Notes: a model not told the origin generated them from the sequence alone. 64,000 bases of DNA from Eledone cirrhosa (GCA_964016885.1 OZ024757.1:20150001-20214000); one strand, 5' to 3'. Positions 1-12,627 are shown, numbered from the stretch's first letter. A program made the numbers and translations.

Positions 1-430
1 GGTGGTGGTGTTGTTGGTGTGTTGGTGTTGGTGGTGGTGGTGGTGGTGTTGTTGGTGGTGTTGTTGTTGGTGTTGGTGTTGTTGGTGTTGTTGTTGGTGG
101 CGAAGGTTGTTGTTGGTTGTGGTGGGAGTGTTGGGGGAATGTAGATTGTGGTGGTGGTGGTGGTGGTGGTGGTGGTGGTGTTAAAGATTTAAAAAGAAAA
201 GTCCTGCAAGACATTATGTACACACAGAAAGACAAACAGACAGAGAGACTGACAGAGAGACAGAGAGACTGACAGAGAGACAGAAGGAGACAGACAGAGA
301 GAGAGAGAGAGAGAGAGACAGAGGACCGAAGAAAGAAACTGGTCAGACCAGTTAATAGAAAAAAAAGGTGTGGGGGTGGGGGGTGGGGGGGAATATAACC
401 TACAACAGTTAGTGGGTTGTTGTGATTAGT

Positions 431-1465
431 GGCAGTGGATTGACAGTATCGGTAGAGAGTCGGACGTCATGCTTTTGACATATAGAGTTATGGCCCTTGC
501 CATTCTGAGTTCAAATCCCGCCGAGGTTAACTTTGCCTTTCATCCTTACGGGGGGGGGGGTCAATAAAATAAAGTACCAGTAATACACTGGCGTAATTGC
601 TGGCCTTGTGCCTAAAGTAGAAACAGTTATTATTATTATTATTATTATTTTTATTTTTATTCGAATCCTGCCAAGGACAACTTTGTCTTTTGTCATCCTG
701 GGGTACCAGTTACGTACTAAGGTCGATATAGTCAACTCTTGCCCTTCCTCCTACCTACCTACCTACCTACCTACCTACCTACCCCCAAATTGCTGGCCTT
801 GTGCCAATGTGAGAAACAATCATCCAGTAGAATCAGTAGAGAATTGGACATTATGCTTTGCGCCATAGAGTTACGGCCCTTTGCGTTCTGAGTTCAAATC
901 TTGCTGTGGTTAAGCTTTGCCTTTCATCCTTACGTGGTTGATAATAAAATAAAGTACCAGTAACACACTGGGGTCGATTTACTGGACTGCTCCTCCCTCC
1001 CCAAAAATTGATGGCCCTGCGCCTAAATCTGAAATCATTCAGGCTGATGGAATGGCAGAATTGGTAGAGCATCGAACACCATGCTTTGCGGCAGAGAGTT
1101 GCGGCCCTTTGCGTTCTGAGTTCAAATCACGCCGAGGTTAGCTTTGCCGTTCATCCTGACAGGATCGATAAAGTGAAGTACCAGTAATGAACTGGGGTTG
1201 ATCTAATTGACTTTTCACCCCTACCCTTCAAGTTGTTAGCTTTGTTTGTGCCTATAGTAGAAATCTTGGTGTATTTGGCAATAATCGGAAGAGCACCGGA
1301 CACCATGTTTCCTGGCATAGAGTTACGGCCCTTTACGTTCTGGGTTCAAATCCCGCCAAGATTATGCTTTGCTTTTCATCATTTTGGGGGTGAATAAAAT
1401 AAAATGCCAGTATACCAGTAACACACTGGGGTTGATTTAATCGACTGCCTCTCCCCTTGTGCCTT
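431..1465 (+). mobile_element. Cluster of 4-5 tRNA-derived SINEs (family 1)
   Basis: Each copy has a B-box-like GAGTTCAAATCC, the core TTTGCCTTTCATCCTTACGGGG..ATAAAATAAAGTACCAGT and the tail GCTGGCCTTGTGCC..AGTAGAAAC; >20 related copies occur in the window. The core resembles the Meta/MESC-type SINE domain (from memory). Confidence 0.85.
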
Positions 1466-1517
1466 AACCTGCGGTCAGCTGGTTAGACTTGTTTTTTTTT
1501 TTATATGAGAGAAAGTG

Positions 1518-1609
1518 AACGTGACTGACGGACGGACAGACAGACAGACAGACTGACTGACTGACAGACTGACTGACAGGGCTCTTAGTGTCATATATAT
1601 TACTAGGAT
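1518..1609 (-). mobile_element. Possible 5' end of a non-autonomous Helitron-like element
   Basis: Minus strand reads A|TCCTAGTAATATATATGAC followed by a (CTGT/CAGT)n tract, a layout seen in small invertebrate Helitrons; no matching 3' end found. Confidence 0.35.
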
Positions 1610-1628
1610 TTTTTTCATTATGCTGACT

Positions 1629-3040
1629 ATGATGATGATGATGATGATGATGATGGGATGGTGATAGTGATGATGGAGGTGGTGGTGATGATGATGATGA
1701 TGGTGATGATGGGATGGTGATAGTGATGGGATGATGATGGTGATGATGGAGGTGGTGGTGATGATGGCTGGGGTGGTGATGATGGGATGGTGGTGGTGGT
1801 GGTGATGATGATTATGATCATCATCATCATCATCACCATCATCGTCATCGCTGCTGCCATCACAGTCATCATCATCATCACCATCACTGTCACCAACACC
1901 GCCACCACGACCATCACCACCATCATCATCACCACCACCACTGCCATCATCATCACCACCACCATCACCGCCATCATCACCACCACCACCACCACCACCA
2001 CCGCTGCCATCACCATCACCATCACCACCACCATCACCACCACCACTGCCATCATCACCATCACCATCACCACCACTGCCATCATCATCATCACCACCAC
2101 CACCACCACCACCACCACTGCCATCATCACCATCACCACCACTGCCATCATCATCATCACCACCACCGCCATCATCACCACCACCACCACCACCACCACT
2201 GCCATCATCATCACCACCACCACCACCACCACTGCCATCATCACCACCACCATCATCATCATCACTATCATCATCACCACCACTGCCATCATCATCATCA
2301 CCACCACCACCGCTGCCATCACCATCACCACCACCAACACTGCCATCATCATCATCACCACCACCACCACCACTGCCATCATCATCACCACCACCACCAC
2401 CACTGCCATCATCACCACCACCACCACCACTGCCATCATCATCATCACCACCACCACCACCACCACCACCATCACCACCACCACCATCATCATCATCATC
2501 ACTATCATCATCACCACCACCACCACCACCACTGCCATCATCATCATCACCACCACCACCACCACCACCATCATCATCACCACCACCACCACCACCACTG
2601 CCATCATCATCATCACCACCACCACCACCGCCACCATCATCACCACCACCATCATCATCATCACTATCATCATCACCACCACCATCACCACCGCCATCAT
2701 CACCACCACCACCATCATCATCACCACCACCACTGCCATCATCACCACCACCACCACCACCACCACCATCACCATCATCATCACCACCACCATCATCACT
2801 GCCATCATCATCATCACCACCACCACCACCACCATCACCACCACCACCACCACCACTGCCATCATCATCATCATCACCACCACCACCGCCACCATCATCA
2901 CCACCACCATCATCACCATCACTATCACCATCACCACCACTGCCATCATCATCATCACCACCACCACCACCACCACCACCACCACCATCACCACCACCAC
3001 CACCACTGCCATCATCACCACCACCATCATCACCATCACC
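1629..3040. repeat. Compound trinucleotide array: (GAT/GGT)n then (CAT/CAC)n
   Basis: Directly visible; explains the poly-V/M and poly-T/I ORFs. Confidence 0.95.
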
Positions 3041-3284
3041 AGTGTCGTTATAGGTGTGAGCAGGTAAGTTAAGACATTGCTAAGAAGGGGTGTGGGTGTG
3101 AAGAGACACCGGACACGGAACATTCCGGAAGGAACCTAGAGACACGGGTGTGGAGGGAACTGTGGAAGGAAGCTTGTCACCTGGTGTACACCTGGTCTAC
3201 CTCTCCGTCCATCCGTGTGTCTGTGTTGAACACAGACACACGGATGGACTGGACGGAGAGGTAGACACACATACACATATATAT

Positions 3285-3324
<40 letters not shown>

Positions 3325-3328
3325 AATT

Positions 3329-3393
<65 letters not shown>

Positions 3394-3397
3394 AATT

Positions 3398-3445
<48 letters not shown>

Positions 3446-3517
3446 ATATACATATATATAAATACATATGTTATATATACATATATGAATATAAATATAT
3501 ATATACACAAATTATAC

Positions 3518-3561
<44 letters not shown>

Positions 3562-3681
3562 GTAAATATATATATATTCACATAAATTATACATATATGT
3601 ATATATAAATATATATGTATATTCATATATACATATATATATGATGGCTGCCCCCTCGTTATCGAGTATGGCCATTGCACA

Positions 3682-3771
<90 letters not shown>

Positions 3772-3847
3772 GCAATAATAATAATAACGACAACAACAAT
3801 AATATACATATTCATATATATATACACACACACGCACGCACATAAGC

Positions 3848-3889
<42 letters not shown>

Positions 3890-4245
3890 GATAGCAACTA
3901 ACAGTGCTGCGATCGAATGTGGCTTTTTAGCCCAGCCAATGATCCAAAATGTCTTGCACAGAGTCGGCAACCAAAACATTTACTGGGAATAGTCGGCTGT
4001 GGTTGGAGTTCGTGCACTTTTGCATGTCGCTTGAGTCCTCCTGCTGATTTACATTCTCTACCACATGTTTGGCAAGCATGATGAGTAGCATCTCCAACAG
4101 CAGCCTGGTAGTCAACCACTGGTCTTACTTTATGACTGCGAAGATGACTTTCGAGTCCAGCTTTGCTTAGGCAGAGTCTCGCACAGACGCTGCATGTCAG
4201 AAACATAGGAGGACCCTCGCCGTCTGGAAGTGCAACAGCAATACC

Positions 4246-4445
4246 NNNNNNNNNNNNNNNNNNNNNNNNNNNNNNNNNNNNNNNNNNNNNNNNNNNNNNN
4301 NNNNNNNNNNNNNNNNNNNNNNNNNNNNNNNNNNNNNNNNNNNNNNNNNNNNNNNNNNNNNNNNNNNNNNNNNNNNNNNNNNNNNNNNNNNNNNNNNNNN
4401 NNNNNNNNNNNNNNNNNNNNNNNNNNNNNNNNNNNNNNNNNNNNN
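4246..4445. other. Assembly gap (200 N) flanked by a near-identical ~790-bp duplication
   Basis: About 3455-4245 matches 4446-5230 except for homopolymer and microsatellite lengths. Confidence 0.9.
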
Positions 4446-4511
4446 ATATATATAAATACATATGTTATATATACATATATGAATATAAATATATATATAC
4501 ACAAATTATAC

Positions 4512-4555
<44 letters not shown>

Positions 4556-4635
4556 GTAAATATATATATATTCACATAAATTATACATATATGTATATAT
4601 AAATATATATGTATATTCATATATACATATATATA

Positions 4636-4690
4636 TGATGGCTGCCCCCTCGTTATCGAGTATGGCCATTGCACAATAAAAAATAAAAAA

Positions 4691-4760
<70 letters not shown>

Positions 4761-4836
4761 GCAATAATAATAATAACGACAACAACAATAATATACATAT
4801 TCATATATATATACACACACACGCACGCACATAAGC

Positions 4837-4874
<38 letters not shown>

Positions 4875-7800
4875 GATAGCAACTAACAGTGCTGCGATCG
4901 AATGTGGCTTTTTAGCCCAGCCAATGATCCAAAATGTCTTGCACAGAGTCGGCAACCAAAACATTTACTGGGAATAGTCGGCTGTGGTTGGAGTTCGTGC
5001 ACTTTTGCATGTCGCTTGAGTCCTCCTGCTGATTTACATTCTCTACCACATGTTTGGCAAGCATGATGAGTAGCATCTCCAACAGCAGCCTGGTAGTCAA
5101 CCACTGGTCTTACTTTATGACTGCGAAGATGACTTTCGAGTCCAGCTTTGCTTAGGCAGAGTCTCGCACAGACGCTGCATGTCAGAAACATAGGAGGACC
5201 CTCGCCGTCTGGAAGTGCAACAGCAATACCCTTCCTCACGTCCCGCTTTACTTTCTCGTGTGCGATTCGAGATGCCTCAAAGGCAACTTTTCCCTCATAT
5301 ACAGTCTTTCTCCATTTATTACGATCAGCAGCAACATTTTCCCATGTATCAGCAGAGATGTTAGCGTCTCTCAGAGAGGCCTTCAAGGAATCCTTATACC
5401 TCTTTTTTGGTTTATGTGGCGGTCGTTTTCCTTTAACCAACTCTCCATAGAAGAGTTGTTTTGGTATTCTAGAATCCTTCATCCTGGCAAGGTGACCACT
5501 CCAACGGAGTCGCTGCTTAAGCACAAGAGCTTCTATACTGTCACACATAGAGCTTTCCAAAATCTCGACATCACTGATGTGGTCCCTCCAGCGAACGCCA
5601 TGTATCCGTCTGAGACACATCTGATGGAAACGCTCCAATTGCTTAAGGTGGCGTCGATATGTGACCCAGGTCTCGCAGGCATAAAGAAGACAAGAGAGTA
5701 CACATGCCCTGTACACCTTTACCTTTGTCCTCCTGCATATGTCTCGCCGACCCCAGAGTCGCCTTTCTAGCTTTCCGAAAGCATCACTTGCTTTCCTAAT
5801 CCTAAGTGAGATTTCACTGTCAAGGTTGCCGTATCGATTGACAGTGCTTCCCAGGTAGACAAACTGATCAACCACTCCAAGTCGTTTGCCATACACATAG
5901 ATGTTTGGTTCAGTGTACTGCCTACCAGGTGCAGGTTGGTACATGACGACGGTTTTCTTGAGACTGACAGTCAAACCCAGGGCAGTGCAAGCGTCAGAAA
6001 ATACATTCAAAATGTGCTGCATATCACTCTCTGTGTGCGCTACAAGATCGCAATCATCTGCATACAAGAGGTCTCTTATGACTGATGTAAATACTTTTGT
6101 CTTCGCAGCAAAGCGCCTGATGTTAAATATGCTGCCTGAGGTTCGATATCGGATGTAAACACCATGCTCGCAATTCCTGAATGCAATACAGAAAACCATT
6201 GCAAAGTATATGGCAAACAGGGTCGGTGCTGGAATATCCCCCTGTTTCACTCCATTTTTTACTGAGATAGGCTCCGACATGTTACCTCCGACATTAACCC
6301 AAGCCTTCATGTCGTCATGGAAAGACCTAACTAAAGCAAGGAACTTATCAGGGCAACCAAGTTTCTGGAGAACCTTCCATAATGCATCTCTGTTGACAGT
6401 ATCGAAAGCCTTTGTCAGATCGACAAAAACCTGATACAGATCCAAGCCCTGCTCAATGCACTTCTCCTGGAGCTGTCTAGCTGAGAAGATCATATCAGTA
6501 GTGCCGCGTCCAACACGAAAACCAGATTGACTTTCAGGAAGGACACAATCTGCAATGTGTGTCAGCAGACGGTCCAGAAGCACCCTACATAAAACTTTCC
6601 CCACGACAGAAAGCAATGATATACCTCTGTAGTTCCCACAATCATTCCTGTTACCCTTTCCCTTGTACAAGACCACCATTACCGCATCTCTCCAGTCCTC
6701 AGGCACGGATTCATTAGCCCATATCCTTCCAAACAGAGAGTGAAGATGTTGCAGGAGTCTCTCACCACCATATTGTAGGAGCTCAGCATGTATGCCATCC
6801 ATACCTGGAGATCTTCCACTGTTCAGCTTCGAAATAGCCACTGCAACCTCCACAAGTGTCGGAGGCTCTGCGAGAGCTACTTTCACAGGACTTTCCGGAA
6901 TGAGATTGAGGAAATCTTCACTGACGACAGACGGCTGATTCAAAAGATCATCAAAGTGCTCCCGCCACCTTCGTAGAATTCCCTGTGAGTCACGAAGAAG
7001 TTCTTTGCCATCCCTGCTGCGAATCGGTGTCACCAGAGAAGAAGACGGTCCATAAACCTCACGCAAGAGACTGTACAACAGCTTTGTGTTATTGCAATCA
7101 GACGCAGTTTGTATCTCACCAGCCTTCTCACTCCACCACTGATCCTTCATCTGAGAAAGACTCCGCCTAACACGTGATTTTACATCCCTGAGCTCCTCAT
7201 GCAACGTATTCCTCTCCTGTGGTCTTGCCGTCAAGTAGCGTGACAGAGCGCGCCTCTTATCAGCCAACAAGTCATCTATATGCACATCTTTCTCATTAAA
7301 CCAGTCCTGATGTTTTCTCTGCACCAATCCCAGAACACGTCTGCCTACATCATAAACCGACTTTTTAAGGGTCGGCCAATCCTCACCAAGATCTGCAGCC
7401 TGCATCTCTTCTTCCAATGTCCTCTTCACATTTTTATCCTTAAGACGAGCAGCATTCAATCTTTTGGGCAGGGTAACACCAGGAGCCCGGATTTTACGTT
7501 TGGTGATTAGATTCACTTTTGCGCGTACCAGGCGGTGGTCCGTCCAGCACTCAGCTCCACGAAGAACACGAACACACCGCACATCCTGTCTGTCACGCAT
7601 CCTGACTAGGACGTAGTCCAAAAGATGCCATTCCTTAGATGCAGGATGCATCCATGTGGTCTTGAATTTGTTCTTTTGTTGGAACATGGTGTTGGTAACA
7701 CACAGATCCAGCTCCTCACACATCTGCAGCAAGAGCATACCATTGCTGTTACACTTTCCCACCCCATGCCTTCCGATTACATTCCATGTGTTAAAATCCC

Positions 7801-8436
7801 TACCCACTCTAGCATTAAAGTCACCAAGCACGATGACTTTGTCTGCCTGAGGGATATTTCTTAAAACACCTTTCAAGGCATGGTAAAAGGACAGTTTTTC
7901 TTCATCGACAGAATTCATAGTTGGAGCATACACACTCACCAGGGTAGCATATCTTCCCTTGTCCAGCGGAACTCTCATGGACATAAGACGCTCACTAATC
8001 CCCACTGGGAATTCTTCCAATTTATTCACCAGTACAGTCTTAACAGCAAATCCTACCCCAGCCTCTCTTCTGGTTCCTTCATCTCTTCCTTTCCAGAAGA
8101 ATGTATATTCTCCACAAAATTCCGTAAGATGACCATCCCCAGCTAACCTCGTCTCAGACAAAGCCACGATGTCAAGATCGTAACGTCGAAGCTCCTTCGC
8201 AACAAGAGCGGTCCTTCGTTCAGGACGCTCCAAAGAATCCCTGTCAAGCAGCGTCCGTACGTTCCAGCAGCCAAGACTAAATGCCCTGTTTGGCTCTATT
8301 ACAATGGCACGATGACGGGCGGGCCCAGGTTGTGATAACTTGGGGCCCCTGCCCTTATTGCCAATGATCCCTTTTGTTCCAGAACCCAAATTGGCAATTA
8401 TCTCGTTTACATTGTTCTGGAACATCATTGAATTTG

Positions 8437-8472
<36 letters not shown>

Positions 8473-8830
8473 AGAAAAAAAAAAAAAAAAGTAATAATAA
8501 TAGTAATAATAATAATAATAATAATACTACACTATTAATAATTATTAATGCACTCGTGCAATGCCTGTGCGTGACGAATATTTTTTAAAGTGAGGAAAGA
8601 CTGTGCACTGAACCAATCCCACTCTCTGAGCGACAGTAGCTATAACCCGAAAAGAAGAAAAGATCAACATCATCGGTAACTACTGAGCCGCAGGTTTTAT
8701 ATCGGAGTTAACCCAGTTTCCTGAGATGCCTTCTCCTAGAAGAATACCCTGACATGGGCTAGGGGTTCTTCACTCCCAGTGGTTTAACTGCGCGATCGGG
8801 CATCCAGCCCGATTATTTCTATGTCCCCGC

Positions 8831-8832
<2 letters not shown>
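4636..8832 (-). mobile_element. Apparently full-length RTE-clade (BovB-like) LINE
   Basis: Single long EN+RT ORF; unique 5' UTR-like sequence about 8530-8832; 3' terminal stem-loop CTCG-ATAA-CGAG followed by GCAGCCATCAT running into (TA)n. Ends approximate; TSD not resolvable. Confidence 0.9.
4883..8428 (-). CDS. RTE-type LINE polyprotein, 1181 aa: APE endonuclease + reverse transcriptase + three C2H2 zinc fingers
   Basis: EN motifs WNVRTL, LSETRL, VYAPT, GDFNARVG, LDYVLV, TDHRLV; RT motifs NYRGISLL, QSGFR, FVDLTKAFD, GVKQG, LLYADD, FVYLGS; RTE-typical RLRWSGH; fingers CSVC..HLRSH, CQTC..HAKVH, CRLC..HIRSQH; no stops or frameshifts. Confidence 0.97.
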   Translation of the reverse strand: MMFQNNVNEIIANLGSGTKGIIGNKGRGPKLSQPGPARHRAIVIEPNRAFSLGCWNVRTLLDRDSLERPERRTALVAKELRRYDLDIVALSETRLAGDGHLTEFCGEYTFFWKGRDEGTRREAGVGFAVKTVLVNKLEEFPVGISERLMSMRVPLDKGRYATLVSVYAPTMNSVDEEKLSFYHALKGVLRNIPQADKVIVLGDFNARVGRDFNTWNVIGRHGVGKCNSNGMLLLQMCEELDLCVTNTMFQQKNKFKTTWMHPASKEWHLLDYVLVRMRDRQDVRCVRVLRGAECWTDHRLVRAKVNLITKRKIRAPGVTLPKRLNAARLKDKNVKRTLEEEMQAADLGEDWPTLKKSVYDVGRRVLGLVQRKHQDWFNEKDVHIDDLLADKRRALSRYLTARPQERNTLHEELRDVKSRVRRSLSQMKDQWWSEKAGEIQTASDCNNTKLLYSLLREVYGPSSSLVTPIRSRDGKELLRDSQGILRRWREHFDDLLNQPSVVSEDFLNLIPESPVKVALAEPPTLVEVAVAISKLNSGRSPGMDGIHAELLQYGGERLLQHLHSLFGRIWANESVPEDWRDAVMVVLYKGKGNRNDCGNYRGISLLSVVGKVLCRVLLDRLLTHIADCVLPESQSGFRVGRGTTDMIFSARQLQEKCIEQGLDLYQVFVDLTKAFDTVNRDALWKVLQKLGCPDKFLALVRSFHDDMKAWVNVGGNMSEPISVKNGVKQGDIPAPTLFAIYFAMVFCIAFRNCEHGVYIRYRTSGSIFNIRRFAAKTKVFTSVIRDLLYADDCDLVAHTESDMQHILNVFSDACTALGLTVSLKKTVVMYQPAPGRQYTEPNIYVYGKRLGVVDQFVYLGSTVNRYGNLDSEISLRIRKASDAFGKLERRLWGRRDICRRTKVKVYRACVLSCLLYACETWVTYRRHLKQLERFHQMCLRRIHGVRWRDHISDVEILESSMCDSIEALVLKQRLRWSGHLARMKDSRIPKQLFYGELVKGKRPPHKPKKRYKDSLKASLRDANISADTWENVAADRNKWRKTVYEGKVAFEASRIAHEKVKRDVRKGIAVALPDGEGPPMFLTCSVCARLCLSKAGLESHLRSHKVRPVVDYQAAVGDATHHACQTCGRECKSAGGLKRHAKVHELQPQPTIPSKCFGCRLCARHFGSLAGLKSHIRSQHC

Positions 8833-8864
<32 letters not shown>

Positions 8865-9304
8865 ACTTATTGACACTTATACGTACGACATACACACACA
8901 CGCATACATATGCGTGCACACAGCAACACTCACACACACAACAAACACACACACACGCTACTCTACTCACTTACACGCACACACACACATATATATATAT
9001 ATATTACCGTCATTACTGATACAAGATTACCAGATTATGTCAACTGTTGACTTTCAAGAGTTTGTATAGTTGAAGCCGATCGTATTACAGTCCAGTATTA
9101 CTATAATTGCTTTACAGCATAGAGTTATGGCTCTCCACGGAGTCAACAAAAGAGAGTACCAGTGATGCGCTGGCCAGTCGCTGGATCCGTGCCAAAAGCA
9201 GAAAAATTATTATTAAAGTTGTTCTTAAGGCCAGGTCGCTGGTGATGGTGATGGCGACGGCGGTGGCGGTGGTGGTGGTGGTGGCAGTTGATGTTGTTGT
9301 TCTG

Positions 9305-9339
<35 letters not shown>

Positions 9340-9544
9340 GTTATTTTGAGTTTTTTTTTTTTTTTTCCTTTTCTTTTTTTTTTCTCCTTTTTTTTTTTTT
9401 TTTTCCCCTTCCCTTTTCTTTTTTCTTTTCCCTTCCTTTTTTTATGTTTTGATGCCGCTGTTGTTGTTGTTGTTGTAATTGTTGTAAATGTTCATTTCAG
9501 TTCATTCTGAAGCTGTTGTTGCTGTAAACATTAGGGCCGGTGTT

Positions 9545-10356
<812 letters not shown>

Positions 10357-10504
10357 TGGGTATATAAATTGACAGATAGATAGGAGTGTGACAGGGGGTA
10401 TATGGGGGTAGGTTGGGGTGTGGAGGTCGGATGGAAAACAAATCTGGACAATCTAGTTCAGCTAGTTCTTACCTAAAGGTGGTGTGGGGGGTGGGGGGGA
10501 TGTG

Positions 10505-10555
<51 letters not shown>

Positions 10556-10604
10556 AAATGTGACCCTGAATGAAGATTAGTTATATTAATTTGGGTTAAG
10601 AACG

Positions 10605-11095
10605 GTGAGAGGAACAATGAGAGAGAGAGAGAGAGAGACAGGGGCAAGAGGGAGGGAGACGGGGGGGGGCAAGAGGGAGGGAGAGAGATGGAGGAAGGCA
10701 AGGTGAGAGGGACAATAAGGGAGAGAGAAAGAGATGGGGGTAAGAGGGAGGGAGAGAGATGGGGGTAAGAGAGATGGGGGTAAGATGGAGGGAGAGAGAT
10801 GGAGAAAGGCAAGGTGAGAGGGACAATAAGGGAGAGAGAAAGAGATGGGGGTAAGAGGGAGGGAGAGAGATGGGGGTAAGAGAGATGGAGAAAGGCAAGG
10901 TGAGAGGGACAATAAGGGAGAGAGAAAGAGATGGGGGTAAGAGGGAGGGAGAGAAAAAGGACATTGAGAGAGAGATGGTGGGGGTAAGAGGGAGGGAGGG
11001 GGAGAGAGGGAGAGAGATATCGGAGCAAGGTGGTGGCGGTAAGAGGGAGAGAGATGGGAGAGATGGTGGGGTGGGATAGAGAGAGATGGTGGGGG
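10605..11095. repeat. Purine-rich (GA) imperfect minisatellite
   Basis: Repeated blocks GGCAAGGTGAGAGGGACAATAAGGGAGAGAGAAAGAGATGGGGGTAAGAG. Confidence 0.8.
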
Positions 11096-11372
11096 GTTAG
11101 AAAGGTTAAGATATTTCTAGAAGCTATTTAAGATATGTACACTAAATGTTGTCACAGTAAAGTCCAATTTCTGCTGTCTTCAGTTCCCTTTATTGTTTTT
11201 AGTAGGGGGTTTTGTCTAGGATAGGGGTCACATTCCTTCCCTTATAATCCCAAGATCTCCTCAACCCTGCCCCTATCTAGGGCCGTAGTTCGTAGTTCTC
11301 AGCGACCCATGCAAAAGATAAACAGAAATAACAAAGTAAACATCACTATATAATGATGATGATGATGATGAT

Positions 11373-11431
<59 letters not shown>

Positions 11432-11433
<2 letters not shown>

Positions 11434-11630
11434 ACGAAGGAGGTGAGGTAAGGAACCAGGTGGACCATAACGCACCAGAAAACTCAATATTTTGGGAAGT
11501 AGAGTGGGTAATAGGAAATGTTCAGACCCCGACGGCAGAACTCAAGCTTTTTCGACGGCTATTTCTGGACCAAGAAATAGCCGTCGAAACGGCTTGAGCT
11601 CTGCCGTCGGGGTCTTAAACATTTTCCTAT
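11432..11630 (+). mobile_element. ~200-bp (TA)n-flanked dispersed repeat with a long internal inverted repeat
   Basis: ~43-bp arms at 11524-11615; homologous copies at 38158-38365 (opposite orientation) and 63437-63530 (deleted). Confidence 0.7.
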
Positions 11631-11745
11631 ATATATATATATGTGGGAGAGGAAATGGAGTATATATCTCATCAAATGATTCTATGGACATAATTTATAG
11701 TATATATATATATATTATATATATATATTAGGTATAGGATTATCC

Positions 11746-11857
11746 TGCTCTGAGGAAGCAGTGGTCACAGCATTGGATATTTGAGTTCTGCAAGTACTTG
11801 TGAATTTGCACGTAGCATAACTAGGCTGCAGTACCACCGTGGAAACACTTGTAAGCA
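11746..11857 (+). ncRNA. Degenerate hammerhead ribozyme motif with long stem II
   Basis: TGCT-CTGAGGA-[~85 nt with GTGGT/ACCAC and CAGC/GCTG pairings]-GAAA-CACTTG-TA-AGCA; stem I TGCT/AGCA. Confidence 0.5.
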
Positions 11858-11904
11858 CACGGAATAAATTACCTTTTTATAATGTCTACCTGTTATTATT
11901 CATT

Positions 11905-11954
<50 letters not shown>

Positions 11955-12058
11955 GAAATTCCGTTATAACAAAATTCACAGGGTATAAGAAAAAATTTGT
12001 TGTAACAAAAATTTCTTTATAACCAAACTTAAATGAATATATATATGTGTGTGTGTGT

Positions 12059-12104
<46 letters not shown>

Positions 12105-12106
12105 AG

Positions 12107-12162
<56 letters not shown>

Positions 12163-12274
12163 AGATATATATATATATATATATATAGTAATAATTATAA
12201 TAATCATATATACATACATACACACATATATATATATACACATACACACACATATATGTATATATATATGTGAA

Positions 12275-12317
<43 letters not shown>

Positions 12318-12627
12318 GTACTGCAGAAGGAGGAAGATCAAAGATGGTAGCTTTCCTTGTCAGACAAGTATAAGAGGTTCCCTTTGTTTTGTTTTTCACA
12401 CCATGATTCATAAGTTGTAAATAAATAGACATATTGTTGTTCCCGTTCCAATGTAGTCGACCTTCCTATCAACTTCCATTCAAAGACAACACACACAGAG
12501 AGAAGTCTAGTGACTCTGTGGATAGTATAATAATAATTGTTTCTACTTTAGGCACAAGGCCAGCAAATTACCCAGTGCATTACTGGTACTTTATTTTTAT
12601 CGACCCCGTAAGGATGAAAGGTAAAAT

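Noticed and set aside
1627-3123. 498-aa and 426-aa ORFs (poly-V/M, poly-T/I) and similar low-complexity ORFs throughout
   Set aside because: They are translations of trinucleotide or dinucleotide arrays that lack stop codons by composition.
3455-4245. Second copy of the LINE zinc-finger region and 3' flank
   Set aside because: Near-identical to 4446-5230 including non-LINE flank and sits against the N gap; most likely an unmerged contig overlap.
8530-8832. HDV-like ribozyme in the RTE 5' UTR
   Set aside because: Known from some RTEs, but I could only see simple hairpins (ATCGGGC-TGGAT-GCCCGAT), not the nested double pseudoknot; an Infernal/RNArobo search would be needed.
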